Origin: Takakia lepidozioides
Lineage: Eukaryota > Plantae > Bryophyta
DNA length: 64,000 nt
Direction of reading: 5' to 3'
Assembly (NCBI GenBank): GCA_030704615.1
Contig: CM060732.1
Coordinates: 14,322,001 to 14,386,000 of the forward strand
Positions 25,980 to 37,400 of the stretch are shown here, piece after piece. The notes beneath the pieces were generated by a model. That model did no database searches, was not told where the DNA came from, and saw only the letters and a program-made list of their open reading frames with translations. Made by a program: the position numbers and the translations under genes. How positions within the stretch are numbered: the first letter of the stretch is position 1; every line of letters begins with the position of its first letter.

Positions 25980-27060
25980 CAGGGGAACTATTGGTTCACC
26001 CTTTGAACCATTTTACATTGACCTCATACTTGTCCGGTAACTTTAAGAGGGCATGTACAAGACACTCGCAAAGTTTCAAATCAATCCAAAATCATTTGGC
26101 AGGGGAACGATTGGTTCACCCATAGCCAATTTCAGGGGCTCGAATTGCCAATTTTAGGGGCTGGACTTGCAATTTGAGGGGCTGAAATTGCCATTTCATG
26201 GGCTTCAATTGCCAATTTCAAGGGCTGGACTAGCAATTGCCATTTCATAGGCTACAATTGCAATTTGAGGGGCTGGAATTGCAATTTGAGGGGTTGGATA
26301 TAAATTTCAGGGGCTTGAATTGCAATTTGAGGGGTTGGAATTGACAATTTCAAAGGCTCAAATTACAATTTGAGGGGCGGCCGGAGTTGGCCATTTTAGG
26401 GATTGACATTACCAATTTTAAGGGCTTGAATTGCATTTTGAATTGTAATTCAAGGGTTAGAATGGGCCATTAGGGGGCTAGAATTACCAAAGCAATGACA
26501 TCCAAAGCAGTGACATCCAAAGCAATATAAAATCATTTGATAGCGGAATGATTGGTTCACCCTTTCAACCATTTTTTTATTCACGTCATAATTGTCCGGT
26601 ACCTGTAAGCCTGCCTGTAAGAGGGCATGTGGCAGACACTTGCAAAGCTTCAAAGCAATGTAAAATCATTTGATAGGGGAACAATTGGTTCACCCTTTCA
26701 ACCATATTTGTCCGGTACCTTTAAGATGGCATGTGAAAGACACTTGCAAAGCTTCAAAGCACTCAAAAATCATTTGATATGTTCATGATTGATTCACCTT
26801 TCAAACCATTTTAGATTGACTTGAAACTTGTGAAAGACCTGTAAGAGGGCATGTACAAGACACTTGCAAAGTTTCAAATCAATTTAAAATCATTTGGTAG
26901 GGGGACGATTGGTTCACCCTTTAAACCATTTTAGATTGATGTCATACTTCTCAAATACGTGTAAGAGAGCATGTAGAAGACACTTGCAAAGTTTTGGAGC
27001 AGTAAAATATCATTTCATCGGGGAAGTTTCCGTTCACCCTTTCATCCAATTTTGAATTGA
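25980..27060. repeat. ~105-130-bp tandem array with a nested ~21-bp minisatellite (26125-26480)
   Basis: ATTGGTTCACCC..AACCATTTT..GTAAGAGGGCATGT..GACACTTGCAAAG..AAAATCATTTG units (related unit at ~24950); inner unit TTGCAATTTGAGGGGCTGGAA. Confidence 0.85.
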
Positions 27061-27139
27061 ACTGGATTTTTACTAAATAAAATGATTTAGAAGGCATAGG
27101 ATTGTGGATTTGTGTGGGCGCAATGATTAGTGAGCAAAG

Positions 27140-27411
27140 AATTCAGCTCATTGCTTGTAAATATATTTCCATTTGTACTATATTTCCATCTTCCATCTTA
27201 TTCATGTGCCGCACGGCCTCACCCTCGATTCATGCTTGCTTGAACCAATGCAATAAACAAAATTGAGTACCTATTAAATCAGAGCAATGGAAGCTCTAAT
27301 GTCTTCCAACATCCAAGAAAGAAACCCGGGAAAAAACCTAAATCACCCCCCAAAATGAACCCCCCCCCCCCCCCCCCCCCCCCACCCCCCCCCCCCCCCC
27401 CACCACCACCC
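27140..27411 (+). repeat. Diverged copy of CACTA internal segment 17660-17870
   Basis: Shared TTCAGCTCATT.CTTGTAAATATATTT..CCTCACCCTCGATTCATGCTTGCT..AAATCACCCCCAAAA followed by poly-C. Confidence 0.8.
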
Positions 27412-30400
27412 GCCATGTTTACCTTTGACACAGACTTCCAAACCGAGCATCTCCTCTGCAATGGCCTTCATGACACTTGCCTTCGATTCATGGCGGGTCT
27501 GCTGCTCGGGGGATCAATGCCATACATGGGATCTGTGTCACACAGGGCTCCGCAGCGGACAGGGGATCAAGGTCCAGCAGCTTGGCCATACCCCCATTGA
27601 GTGTCCCAAGTCTTGTTCCACAAGTTCGGACAATTAAACCCTCTGGTACATGTGGCCGCAACATCTTGAACACCTTCACTTGGTGCTTGCATAGGTTCCC
27701 TTCCATGGCGTTAGTGTATACAGTGTCTGGAGAAGACATGCTTTTTTACCTTCGCAGGATCCCCTGTGTGCTCGGGCAATTCCACGTTGGATTCCGGTGT
27801 CTGCCCAGCCATCCACACCGCATTTTGCACGAAATATCCCATCCTAGAGTTGCGAATGAAACCTTCAGCGTTCAAGGTCGAAATGTACCAATAATGTGTG
27901 AGGAGGCTACCTGGTAGGATGTAGACCAACCAATCCAATCGACGCTCATCCATTTTGTCTTGTTTGGGACAAGCGCCTCTTTAGGTTGGCATGGTACGCT
28001 TCAATTCCAACATTTGTATCTTGTCCGGCATGTGGGATATTTTGAGCTCCAACAACCCACATGTCCACTTTCGGGATCCACCATTTGTGGATATACAAGA
28101 AGAACAATTCAGCTGCGGGATACTTTGTTTGTAAGTCATACAATTGAAACACAACCTAGGCCTGCGAAGAGTCACCAATGGGACCACCTTTATTGTACAT
28201 AATGTCCCCCATACCTATCAAGACATCGGCCCTTAATTGGGCATCCTTGATCTTCTCAATGGCATTCCTCAGCTAGGCCCTTCGAACATGCCAAAGGCAC
28301 AGGAAAACCGGCACCCCTGGGAACGTATGGCTGAACCATCCACAAAATCGCATTAGCAAGGCCACTACAATACCACAACAAGACCACCACAAATCATATA
28401 CAAGTATGATTCTCTGATAAGTGCTCCCCTGCTCCTGATCCCCTGATCTCCTTTGACTGAACCCCTCATACAGATCCAGTAAAGGCAATGAAAGTGCAAT
28501 ACACGAGCCCTGCGAAGGCCAGTCAAAGGCCGATAAAAATCTCATTGTCGGATCTAAGATTTGCTGCTCCTGATCCCCTGGCACCCTGAGTCTCCTGGTC
28601 CCTTGATCACTGATCCCATAATTGATCCCCTTTCACTGATCCCCCCCTGCAACCCTGGACTCCTGGACCCTCGATCATTGTCGGATCTAAGATCTGCTGC
28701 TCCTGATCCCCTGGTACCCTGAGTCTTCTGGTCCCCTGATCACTGATCCCATAATCAGTCCCCTTTCACTGATCCCCCATGCAACCCTATACTTCTGGTC
28801 CCCTCTACACGGATCCCTCGCAATGAAACATTGTGACTGGTCCCCTCTTGAGCACTGCTCCCCTGATGCAGAAGCAGGCAAGGCAATGGAAGTTCATTGG
28901 TAGGGGGGAGGGATTGTGAACAAACCAAATGGCGTTAATCTCAGCATCGACATCGTCCACAATGAATGCGTTGGGACGCCAATCCGGCTGATCGGCTTGG
29001 AGCCTTTGACGAAGAGCCAACATCCAACTTGACAAATCGTTGGCATTATTTCTTGAAGATATTATGTATGCAACAAGGATTCCGTTCAGCCAAATGTCGA
29101 AGACCATAAGAGTATACATGGCATACTGCACACAAAGACGAAAATGTGCAATGTAAGTACTTTTGTTTTGAAAATATGCGAAACATTTTACTGAATTAAT
29201 GACAAAAAATCACAGGATGTCAACCCCGAACCTTGTAACCCCTTCTGTTCTCATTTTAGTATTCCGTGATCCCCCCTGTGGGCTATGCCATGATCCCCTG
29301 GAAGGACCTCTCTATAACCCCCCAAGGCATGCATTTGCTAAGTTGTCTTCCCTCCTCCCGGCGCACCCCTCACTACGAATCACACAAGTACACGTCATGG
29401 TCCCAAAATGGTCCCAACATATACAAAGCAGTATACATAATGGAGTTTGGCCCATGTGTCTAGTCCCCTAATGGGCTGAGGCAGCCGTGGTGTCGAATCT
29501 GATAGGGATAATAGGTCAGTGGTGATGACCCAGTGTCGTGATCGGATCAGGCTATGCTCCCCCCTATGCCCCTGCTCCCCACTAATCCCCTTCATAGTGA
29601 AAGATGCTATACTCTCATGCTCCCAGGAGTCCACTCCGTCGATTCCACACACTTGTGTTCATTGGTTCCGAAGGTCGCATCACAAGAGACGATTCGTTTG
29701 TCACCCATTTCGAGCATTGTTTTTTTTCTGAAATTCTGTTTGAATGCCAATGGCAAATTTGAGGTCGACATTGCCGCGCCATATTCCATCGGGCGTGTCC
29801 TCTTGATAGAAGAAAACACTCTGGGGCTGGGCCTCCTTCCACATCTTCAGACTGCTCCCTCGTCCTTATGTCGCTTGAAAGTCTCACATGCAAGCTTGTC
29901 CATGATATTTCTGATGTCATGCTCAAGCACAACATCATCACGACACCACTTCTCTCCATTGACCTTGCTGTCAAATACCTGTTGTTCATGTTGGGCCATG
30001 ATTTCAGCAGGCGACAACCCAGCACGTATGCTATCCGTTATCCACATCTTAACCTCTTCACTAAGGTGAGGTGCGTGCGCGAAACGGGTGTTAGTTGAAG
30101 TCGGGTCAATGTGGCCATGGCAGACCTTGTCACGTCCATCAACATGGTTTTTGTTGTAGTATGTTATGACAGCAAGAGAAGGATCCATGTAGCATTATCC
30201 AGTCCTAAACTGACAGAGACAACCCCTCTTGATGGACTCTCCCTGAACGACTTTCTTCTGTCTCGGCCCTTTGTGGTTGTTGTAAGAAGGCGATGAAGCA
30301 TCTAGCACACACCCTCTCCTGCCCGTTCCTTCTCTTTAAAGAATGTTTATTGACAGGTACACAATGGAACCTGAACAATGATGAGAACTAAGTCGGCGGA

Positions 30401-33176
30401 GTGGAATACTCGGAGTAAGAGAGCATAGCATTTTGACAAAATAGAAGAGCAAACAATGCAAACAAGCAGCATGCCATTACAAAGAACACACTGAGACCAT
30501 CTAGAAACCACGAAGGAGAAGGCGGACTTTATCACAAGATAGCAACTATTGGCCCTTGGAGCTAAGAGCTCACCCTCCTCATGCTTTCCCTTTTTAGGCA
30601 CCGTTCTGTTGAAGTGAGTGGGCGCCTCTGCCCTTTCTTCCTCCCCTCTCACAAAATCGTCGATCCTGGTCCAAGGAATGACTGCAACATCCGTATTCAC
30701 ACGATGTCCACCTCCACTTGAAATAGTTGGAGTCCATATAAGCGACCTGTGGTTGAAGGAACCATCCAGGGGGATTTGCAACGTGCCACGCAGCTGTGAT
30801 AGAAGAATTGACGTGTGCAACTCCGAAGATCCACTCATGATGCCCGGCACCCCTGCAGGAACAGTACACAGCAGCAGACCACACGCGTCCTGAAGAAACA
30901 GTACACAGCAGCAAACTACATGCGCAAGTGCAGCATACACGCGCGCAAAGAGGAACAAATCTGCGAGCAGCTGGAAACCCTAAATTTCAATACATCCACT
31001 CCGTTCATCTCACAGACCAAAATGGCGGGGAACTTGCATGGTGGTTGGATGGGGGAGGACGACACAGATGAACAGAATGATAGCCACGTGCAAACAGCCC
31101 TGACACTTGACACGTGGAAGGGGGGATCGCGGACGGGGGGGGGAAGCGGAAGGATGGGGGATCACGCAGGTGGTGTGGGGGATCAACGGAGAGGGGACCG
31201 CCATGGGGGGACGATGATGGATCCGCCGTTGACGCGCGCGCGGGGGGGGGGGGGGGGGGGGTGGGGGGGGGGGGTGGGGAGACACGTGGCATGGCGGCGG
31301 CGGGGGATCAACTGAGGCGGGGGGGAGCGACGGCTCGGGGATCGCGCCGTGGATGGGAGGGGGGATCGACGGCTAGGGAAACCACCACGTGGTGGTAGAA
31401 GACGAGAGGGGGATCACTTCCCGGTTTGGACGGGGGATCAACCGACGGGGGTGGGGGGGGCCGGGGGATCGCCACGTGGATGGGAGGAGGGGATCGAATG
31501 CGGGGGGACCGCGGATGACCCAGTTTTCAGGTTGGATGGATGCGCAGGGATGGACGGTTCAGGGGAGCACCACGTGCTGGCCGATGGGTGGAGGGGATCA
31601 GTCACCGCATTGGACGGGGGATCAAGCGAGGGGGGGGGGGGGAACCGGCGATGGCCCGGGGGATCGCGCCGTGGATGGGATGAGGGGATCGACGGTGGGG
31701 GAGTGCCACGTGGCCTGTCAATGTCATCGGCCCTTCATCCGGCAGTCGTCCATCCCTTGCCCGGGAGGATGGCGGGGGGATGAGGCACGGATGACCCAGA
31801 ACATCCATTGTTTTGAGGTTGGATGGATGTGCAGGGGATCGACGGTTCGGGGAGCAGCACGTGGCGGGCGATTGGGGTTGGGGGATCACTCCCGCTCTGA
31901 ACGGGGGATCAACCTAGGTCGGGGGGAGCGGCGACGTCCCGGGGAATCGCGCCCTGGATGGGATGAGGGGATTGACGCGCCACGTGGCGTGTCAGTGTCA
32001 TCGGCCCTTCATCCAGCCCTCGTCCATCCCCTGCGCGGGAGGATGGCAGGGGGATGAGGGGCAGATGACCCAGAACATCCATTGTTTTGAGGTTGGATGG
32101 ATGTGCAGGGGATCGACGGTTTGGGGGAGCAGCACAAGAGCAGCACGTGGCGGGCGATTAGGGTTGGGGATCACTCCCGATCTGGACGGGGGATCAACCC
32201 AGGTCGGGGGGAGCGGCGACGTCTCGGGGGATCGCGCCGTGGATGGGACGAGGGGATCAACAGCGGGGGACCGCGATGTGGCGATGGACGTGTCATCAGC
32301 CCTTCATCCGGCCCTCGTCCATCTTGGCTGAACGGGGGATCAACCCAGGTCGGGGGGAGCGGCGACGTCCCGGTGAATCGCGCCCTGGATGGGAGGAGGG
32401 GATCGACAACGGGGGAGTGCCACGTGGCGTGTCAGTGTCATCCGCCCTTCATCCGGCCGTCGTCCATCCCCTGCGAGGGAGGATGGCAGGGGGATGAGGG
32501 GCAGATGACCCAGAACATCCATTGTTTTGAGGTTGGATGGATGCGCAGGGGATCGACGGTTCGGGGAGCAGCACGTGGCGGGCGATTAGGGTTGGGGGAT
32601 CACTCCCGGTCTGGAGGGGGGATCAACCCAGGTCAGGGGGAGCGGCAACCTCTCGGGGGATCACGCCGTGGATGGGACGAGGGGATCGATGGCGGGGGGA
32701 GCGCCACGTGGCGGTGGACGCGTCATCGGCCCTTCATCCGGCCGTCATCCATCCCCTACGCGGGAGGATGGCGGGGGGATGAGGGGCGGATGACCCACAT
32801 CATCCATTTAATTGAGGTTGGATGGATGGGGAGGGGATCGACGGTTCGGGGAGCGCCACGTGGCTGGAGATGGGGGTGGGGGATCACTCCGGCACTGGAC
32901 GGGGATCAACCCAGGGAGGGGATCCACAGCGGGGGGCCGCCACGTGGCTGGAGATCGGGCGGTGGTGTGGGCCGCCATGTGCCAGCGGTGGGGCGGGGCT
33001 CATGGGTCCCGGGCGGGGGCGGCGGGCGTGCGTGGGGGTGAGGGGGGGGGGCGGGGGGCAGCGGGCGGAGGGGCCGGAGGGGGGTGGGGATGATTTGACA
33101 TGGGGCGTCCAGCTCGCCGACGAGGCTGGCGGAGCGGGCGTTCCCAAATCCCGGGCTGTACCTCGCGGGCCGTACC
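27412..33176 (-). mobile_element. Second MULE/SWIM transposon; decayed transposase ~27412-30840, 3' end truncated
   Basis: On -: VIPWTRIDDFVRGEE, YNKNHVD..CHG, VSCDATFGTNEHK, intron, YTLMVFDIWLNGILVAY..FIVDD, FLCLWHVRRA, DTNVGIEAYHANLK, GNLCKH. Probable terminus GGTACGGCCCGCGAGG at 33176. Confidence 0.85.
31120..32960. repeat. GC-rich nested subterminal tandem repeats rich in GGGGATC and CACGTG
   Basis: GATGACCCAGAACATCCATTGTTTTGAGGTTGGATGGATG recurs at ~31790, 32064, 32504 and, diverged, 32789; dozens of GGGGATC. Confidence 0.85.
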
Positions 33177-33221
33177 TGTCAGATCACACGCTTGCCAATC
33201 AAGCCACATCCATATTGGGAC

Positions 33222-33483
33222 CAGTGATTTTTTTCTTAAATTTGAAAATAGAACGAGTGGCTACAAGAAATAGCTATATATTCTGTTCATCCATTGAAAA
33301 TTTGGATAGAATCATCCTCCCATGTACTTTCCACATTTGGCGAATTCATCCATTATTATTTTTTTCCTTGTAGAAGTTTGGCGATTTCATCCATGAAAAA
33401 ATTGGGAATTTATGACAGAATATTCCATTTTAATGTTTTGAGGTCGCCATTTGGCGATTTTTCGCCAAAAAAAAAAAACACTG
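33222..33483. mobile_element. Non-autonomous hAT MITE, 262 bp
   Basis: TIRs CAGTGATTTTTTT / AAAAAAAACACTG; perfect 8-bp TSD ATTGGGAC at 33214-33221 and 33484-33491. Confidence 0.92.
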
Positions 33484-34482
33484 ATTGGGACCGGTCTTCG
33501 GGTGTGCAGGGCCGCTTTACACTACAACCCAATTTAGAAACAGATTGAAGTGGCAGTAAACAATGCGTACATTTTGTCAATCGGCTTTGCAGGCTTTCCA
33601 CCAGGGCTCTTACATAGCTACAGGCTTGATGGCAACCACTGAGGGGTGCGTTCTTGCCTGACAACAAAGACGTTCCTATCCTCACCTCCTCCTGTGGAGA
33701 TGTCACGTTCTACTTGGTGTCGTGTCTAGGCACCTTCTTACACATGCAAGAGTATGAGCTTTCATTGATTCGAAATACAAATGGGTTCAGTCAAGAACCC
33801 TAACACGAAGTGGCCCTAGATAGTGGCCCAACTGTGCCATTAGTTTGTGGGGCATAATCCAGGGACTTTTCTTCAAGCATATACTTTTGGTCCTGACCCA
33901 GAGCCCCTTTCCATGGGGCATACTGAAATTAGGGGCTTGTTACCAGACAGAAAACTTGGAGGTCGCAAATCTCTGATACCAGACTTCATACACTTGCAAA
34001 ACATCCATTAGCCATGTTCACACCCATCTGTTCAATCCCAACATTGATGAAAAAAAAAAAATCGGTTCATTAGAATAAAATGGGGCTCAGTGTGTAATCT
34101 GTATTGCAGCATGATTTTTCACTGCAGTTGGACACTAAAAATCTTGTTAAGATACACCAAGCCCGTAAAGAATACTTGCAACAGGCAATTGCATCATCCC
34201 AATCCCACAGCCAAATTGCTACTACATCTGGACATCCTATCGACATTCCAAAACTTCTTGCACACACTGACTGATCATAGTGGAAACTGAACTGCTGGTA
34301 GTGAGGATAATAGATGGTCAGAGCCGTCAGTCGTATAGAGCACATTTGATTTCCATGACATCAGCACTTTTGCAGCTCAAAGACCAAATCAAAGAAGTGG
34401 GATCTGTAGTTACACCCGCATTGCTGAGGTAGCTCAACCTTCACATGCCTTAATTTACCACTCATTACATCCAAGTGCCAAA

Positions 34483-37400
34483 TCAAAGCCGACTAAGACG
34501 GTTGTGGAGTGGCAAAGAACCACGGGTAGAATAGCTGGGCTCCAAACGAGCAGGCTGTGTGGGGCTCTGGAGGTGAGCTCCATGTTCAACCAATGCTGGC
34601 AGCTTCAAGGAGAGCTCTGGCCCTGTCTTGGAAATGTAGTCTGCAAAGCGGGAGCCCTTCCGTGGCTCTCCCTCACCTTCCACATCAGGAAGAGGGGTGA
34701 AAGCTTGAGGACCTGAGAACCTGGGAAGCTGCGATGGACGAGGAGGGGTTGGAGGTACTAGTGCCCACACAGCAGCCAGCTGCTCATTGGGCTTATCAAG
34801 CTCCAAAAGAGGACCCCAATCCGATCCATCTGCCACAAACAAGTAACAACTTTCAAAGTCTTGTAGATCCATATGCATTACCAACTCGGTTTGGTTGATG
34901 GCATGACTCAGTCTGTAGCACTTCTGTTGATTGTTTCACCGTGTATACCTTTTGATGATCTCTGGACTACTAGCTCATCTCAAAAGTATCTTCGATAGTA
35001 ACCTGCTACACTTGTGGGACTTCAAATTTGGCACTGCTGCTCGAAAGCTTCAGTTTCCTTGAACTCAAACACAGGTTGCACTGCCAGAACCCCTAGCAAC
35101 ATGACAGATGACGGTCTTCACTTTGGAAAGCACTGATGGTGTATATATTCAGGATGAACAAATGTCAAAAAAATCCAGGCAGGAGACTTGAAAAATGAGC
35201 TCTATTGACAAGCAACAAACAGAAACGAACAGATTGATGTTGGCAAATCACCTCCAAAAGAAAAGACCAACTCCAAGGCAGAAAATAACAACTGAAATTA
35301 AGGAAGACATGACAATAGCCAACTCACCTCCAAAAGCAAACTCAAAGATAGGTGCCAAGGCAGCAAATGGCACACTGAAATTAAGGTAAGGGATCACTGT
35401 GCCTCCACTGTGCCGTGCATTGCTGTTACAACCATGCAACCCCTTCAGAACCTGAAAGCTAGGTGGCACAATATAATCTTGAGTCATTACCCCCATCAAT
35501 ATCAAAGTAGAAGAAGAAGAAGACTCTGACCAGAGCCAGCGTAAATAAGACCCATTTTGCCCCGCGGCTACTGCCCCTTTCCGGGGCAATATCAAAGTAA
35601 AGGTAACCCATACACTGGACATTTGCAGAAAACACATAACTGAGTCTATAATAGCTTTGCTTCCACAGTCAAAAGCCACATAAAACTTAAACTTCAAAGA
35701 ACGAAAGTCACACCTGGTGACCAAACCAATCAAGTGGCCTTCCCCATTAACCACAGCCCCGCCACTGCCGCCTGGATGAACAGCTGCTGTTGTTTGGAGC
35801 ATTGCAGCATCGCAAGATTTTCCCTCGTTTCTGCCTTCTGCCCGTATTGCTGCTCTGGTAAAGAGAGAACTAGTACCTGCTTTCACTATTCTGGCCACCA
35901 CCCCTGCTGTCACTGATGGGCGCAATTCTGCAGAAGGGATCACAATAAATGTTGGTCAAAGAGAGCAGAGAGTTAGCAATTAAAGGGAATGAGGCAAAAT
36001 TGTAATTGATCTTCATTGCAATGAAACAATCTCGAGGAAACCCAATTCCCCATTTCACTTCATTTCATCTATGGCATGATTGCTCCACTGAAATCTTGAG
36101 TGGAGAACAGGACTGAGGTAGTATCCATAACCATTCAATGTGTTGAGTGATCTGCACATTAACCAGAGAAGAAAGTAATACCTGAGCGAGGTCCGAAAAG
36201 GCCATGTCCTAGAACAACCGCTGTAGAACCTGGAGTAGGGCACTCCTTCTCAGGTACAATCGGACAAAGACCTGGGGGTGGTAAACCAAGCTGCAACAGC
36301 GCAATATCCAGAGGGCCCTGGGAAACATAAATGGGTCGGGCTGCATGCCATGACCGTGGCTGACGGTGATCCAAACGGACCCTAATGCGTTGATAGTTTT
36401 TCCGACCTGTATCTACAGGCCAAGCACTGGCATGAACACTCAATGAACCATTCTTGGGGCGAGAGCTTACAGAAGACAATCCTTCTGACGTGTTATTCAC
36501 ATACAAAGGTTCCCTTAACCGTACATCATCCCGACTGACTCCACCACAGTGGGATATATCCGGATGGACATCTTGTGGACAATTCTCCCCGCAGAAAGTG
36601 CAAGCGAGACCTGTCTTGCACTGCCAATTGTCCACTGTGGAGGGCTGTAAGCTTCCTCCTTGTCTGGTCCAACTCACCGCAGGTAACTGAGAGATCCGAG
36701 TTTTGCCAAACCGCCAAGGTTCAAGCAAATGTGCATTGGTAAGTATGAGACCGTCTTTGTTTAGAATGATGCCCGAAGCCCATGCACCATCCCCTATGGT
36801 GATAAGAACAACTGATGCCATGGCTTGCTCCACAGCTGATGGGACGTAGTGGCTGAACTGCAGTGCTGGGTGAGGATCTTCAACTTCAGCTCGACAGGAG
36901 CGAACCTGGAGAGGGGTATCAACCCTCTCTTGCATTGGTGACCCAGATGAAACGGATGAAGAACGTTGCAACCGTCTTGCAAATGGACATCCTAAGGCAA
37001 TCCCAACGCCTTGGAGAGCTGGTGCCAGTACATTCCATGTCATCACAAGCTGCAGTTACAACATTTTACTGCTCGTTATCCACTAAAAGAGTTTACATGA
37101 ACCCAAAACGATGCAGCACTCAGCCATGACCTTTCATGACATTCAGAAAAATCCCTCAAAGAGAATTGCCAACACTTTGCACAAAAAACAAACAACCATA
37201 CTCTGGTTTTGCCTTTTGACTCCCGAGAGTCTGCAAGTATCTGCTGGGGTGTAGGCCAGAACTACAAATAAACAAGGTCAAATATGGTACCTGCACTTCA
37301 GCAGCACCACCTCGTTGGCGCAATGGTCTGGTGAGCATGCCAACAAGAGCGCCATGCTCATCAAAGACTGGTCCCCCTTCCATTCCTGAAGGCGACAATC

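Noticed and set aside
25600-27060. CRISPR-like repeat array
   Set aside because: Whole units repeat with no unique spacers, no cas genes, eukaryotic context.
31005-33373. Many overlapping Gly/Arg/Pro-rich ORFs
   Set aside because: By-products of GC-rich subterminal repeats with few stop codons.
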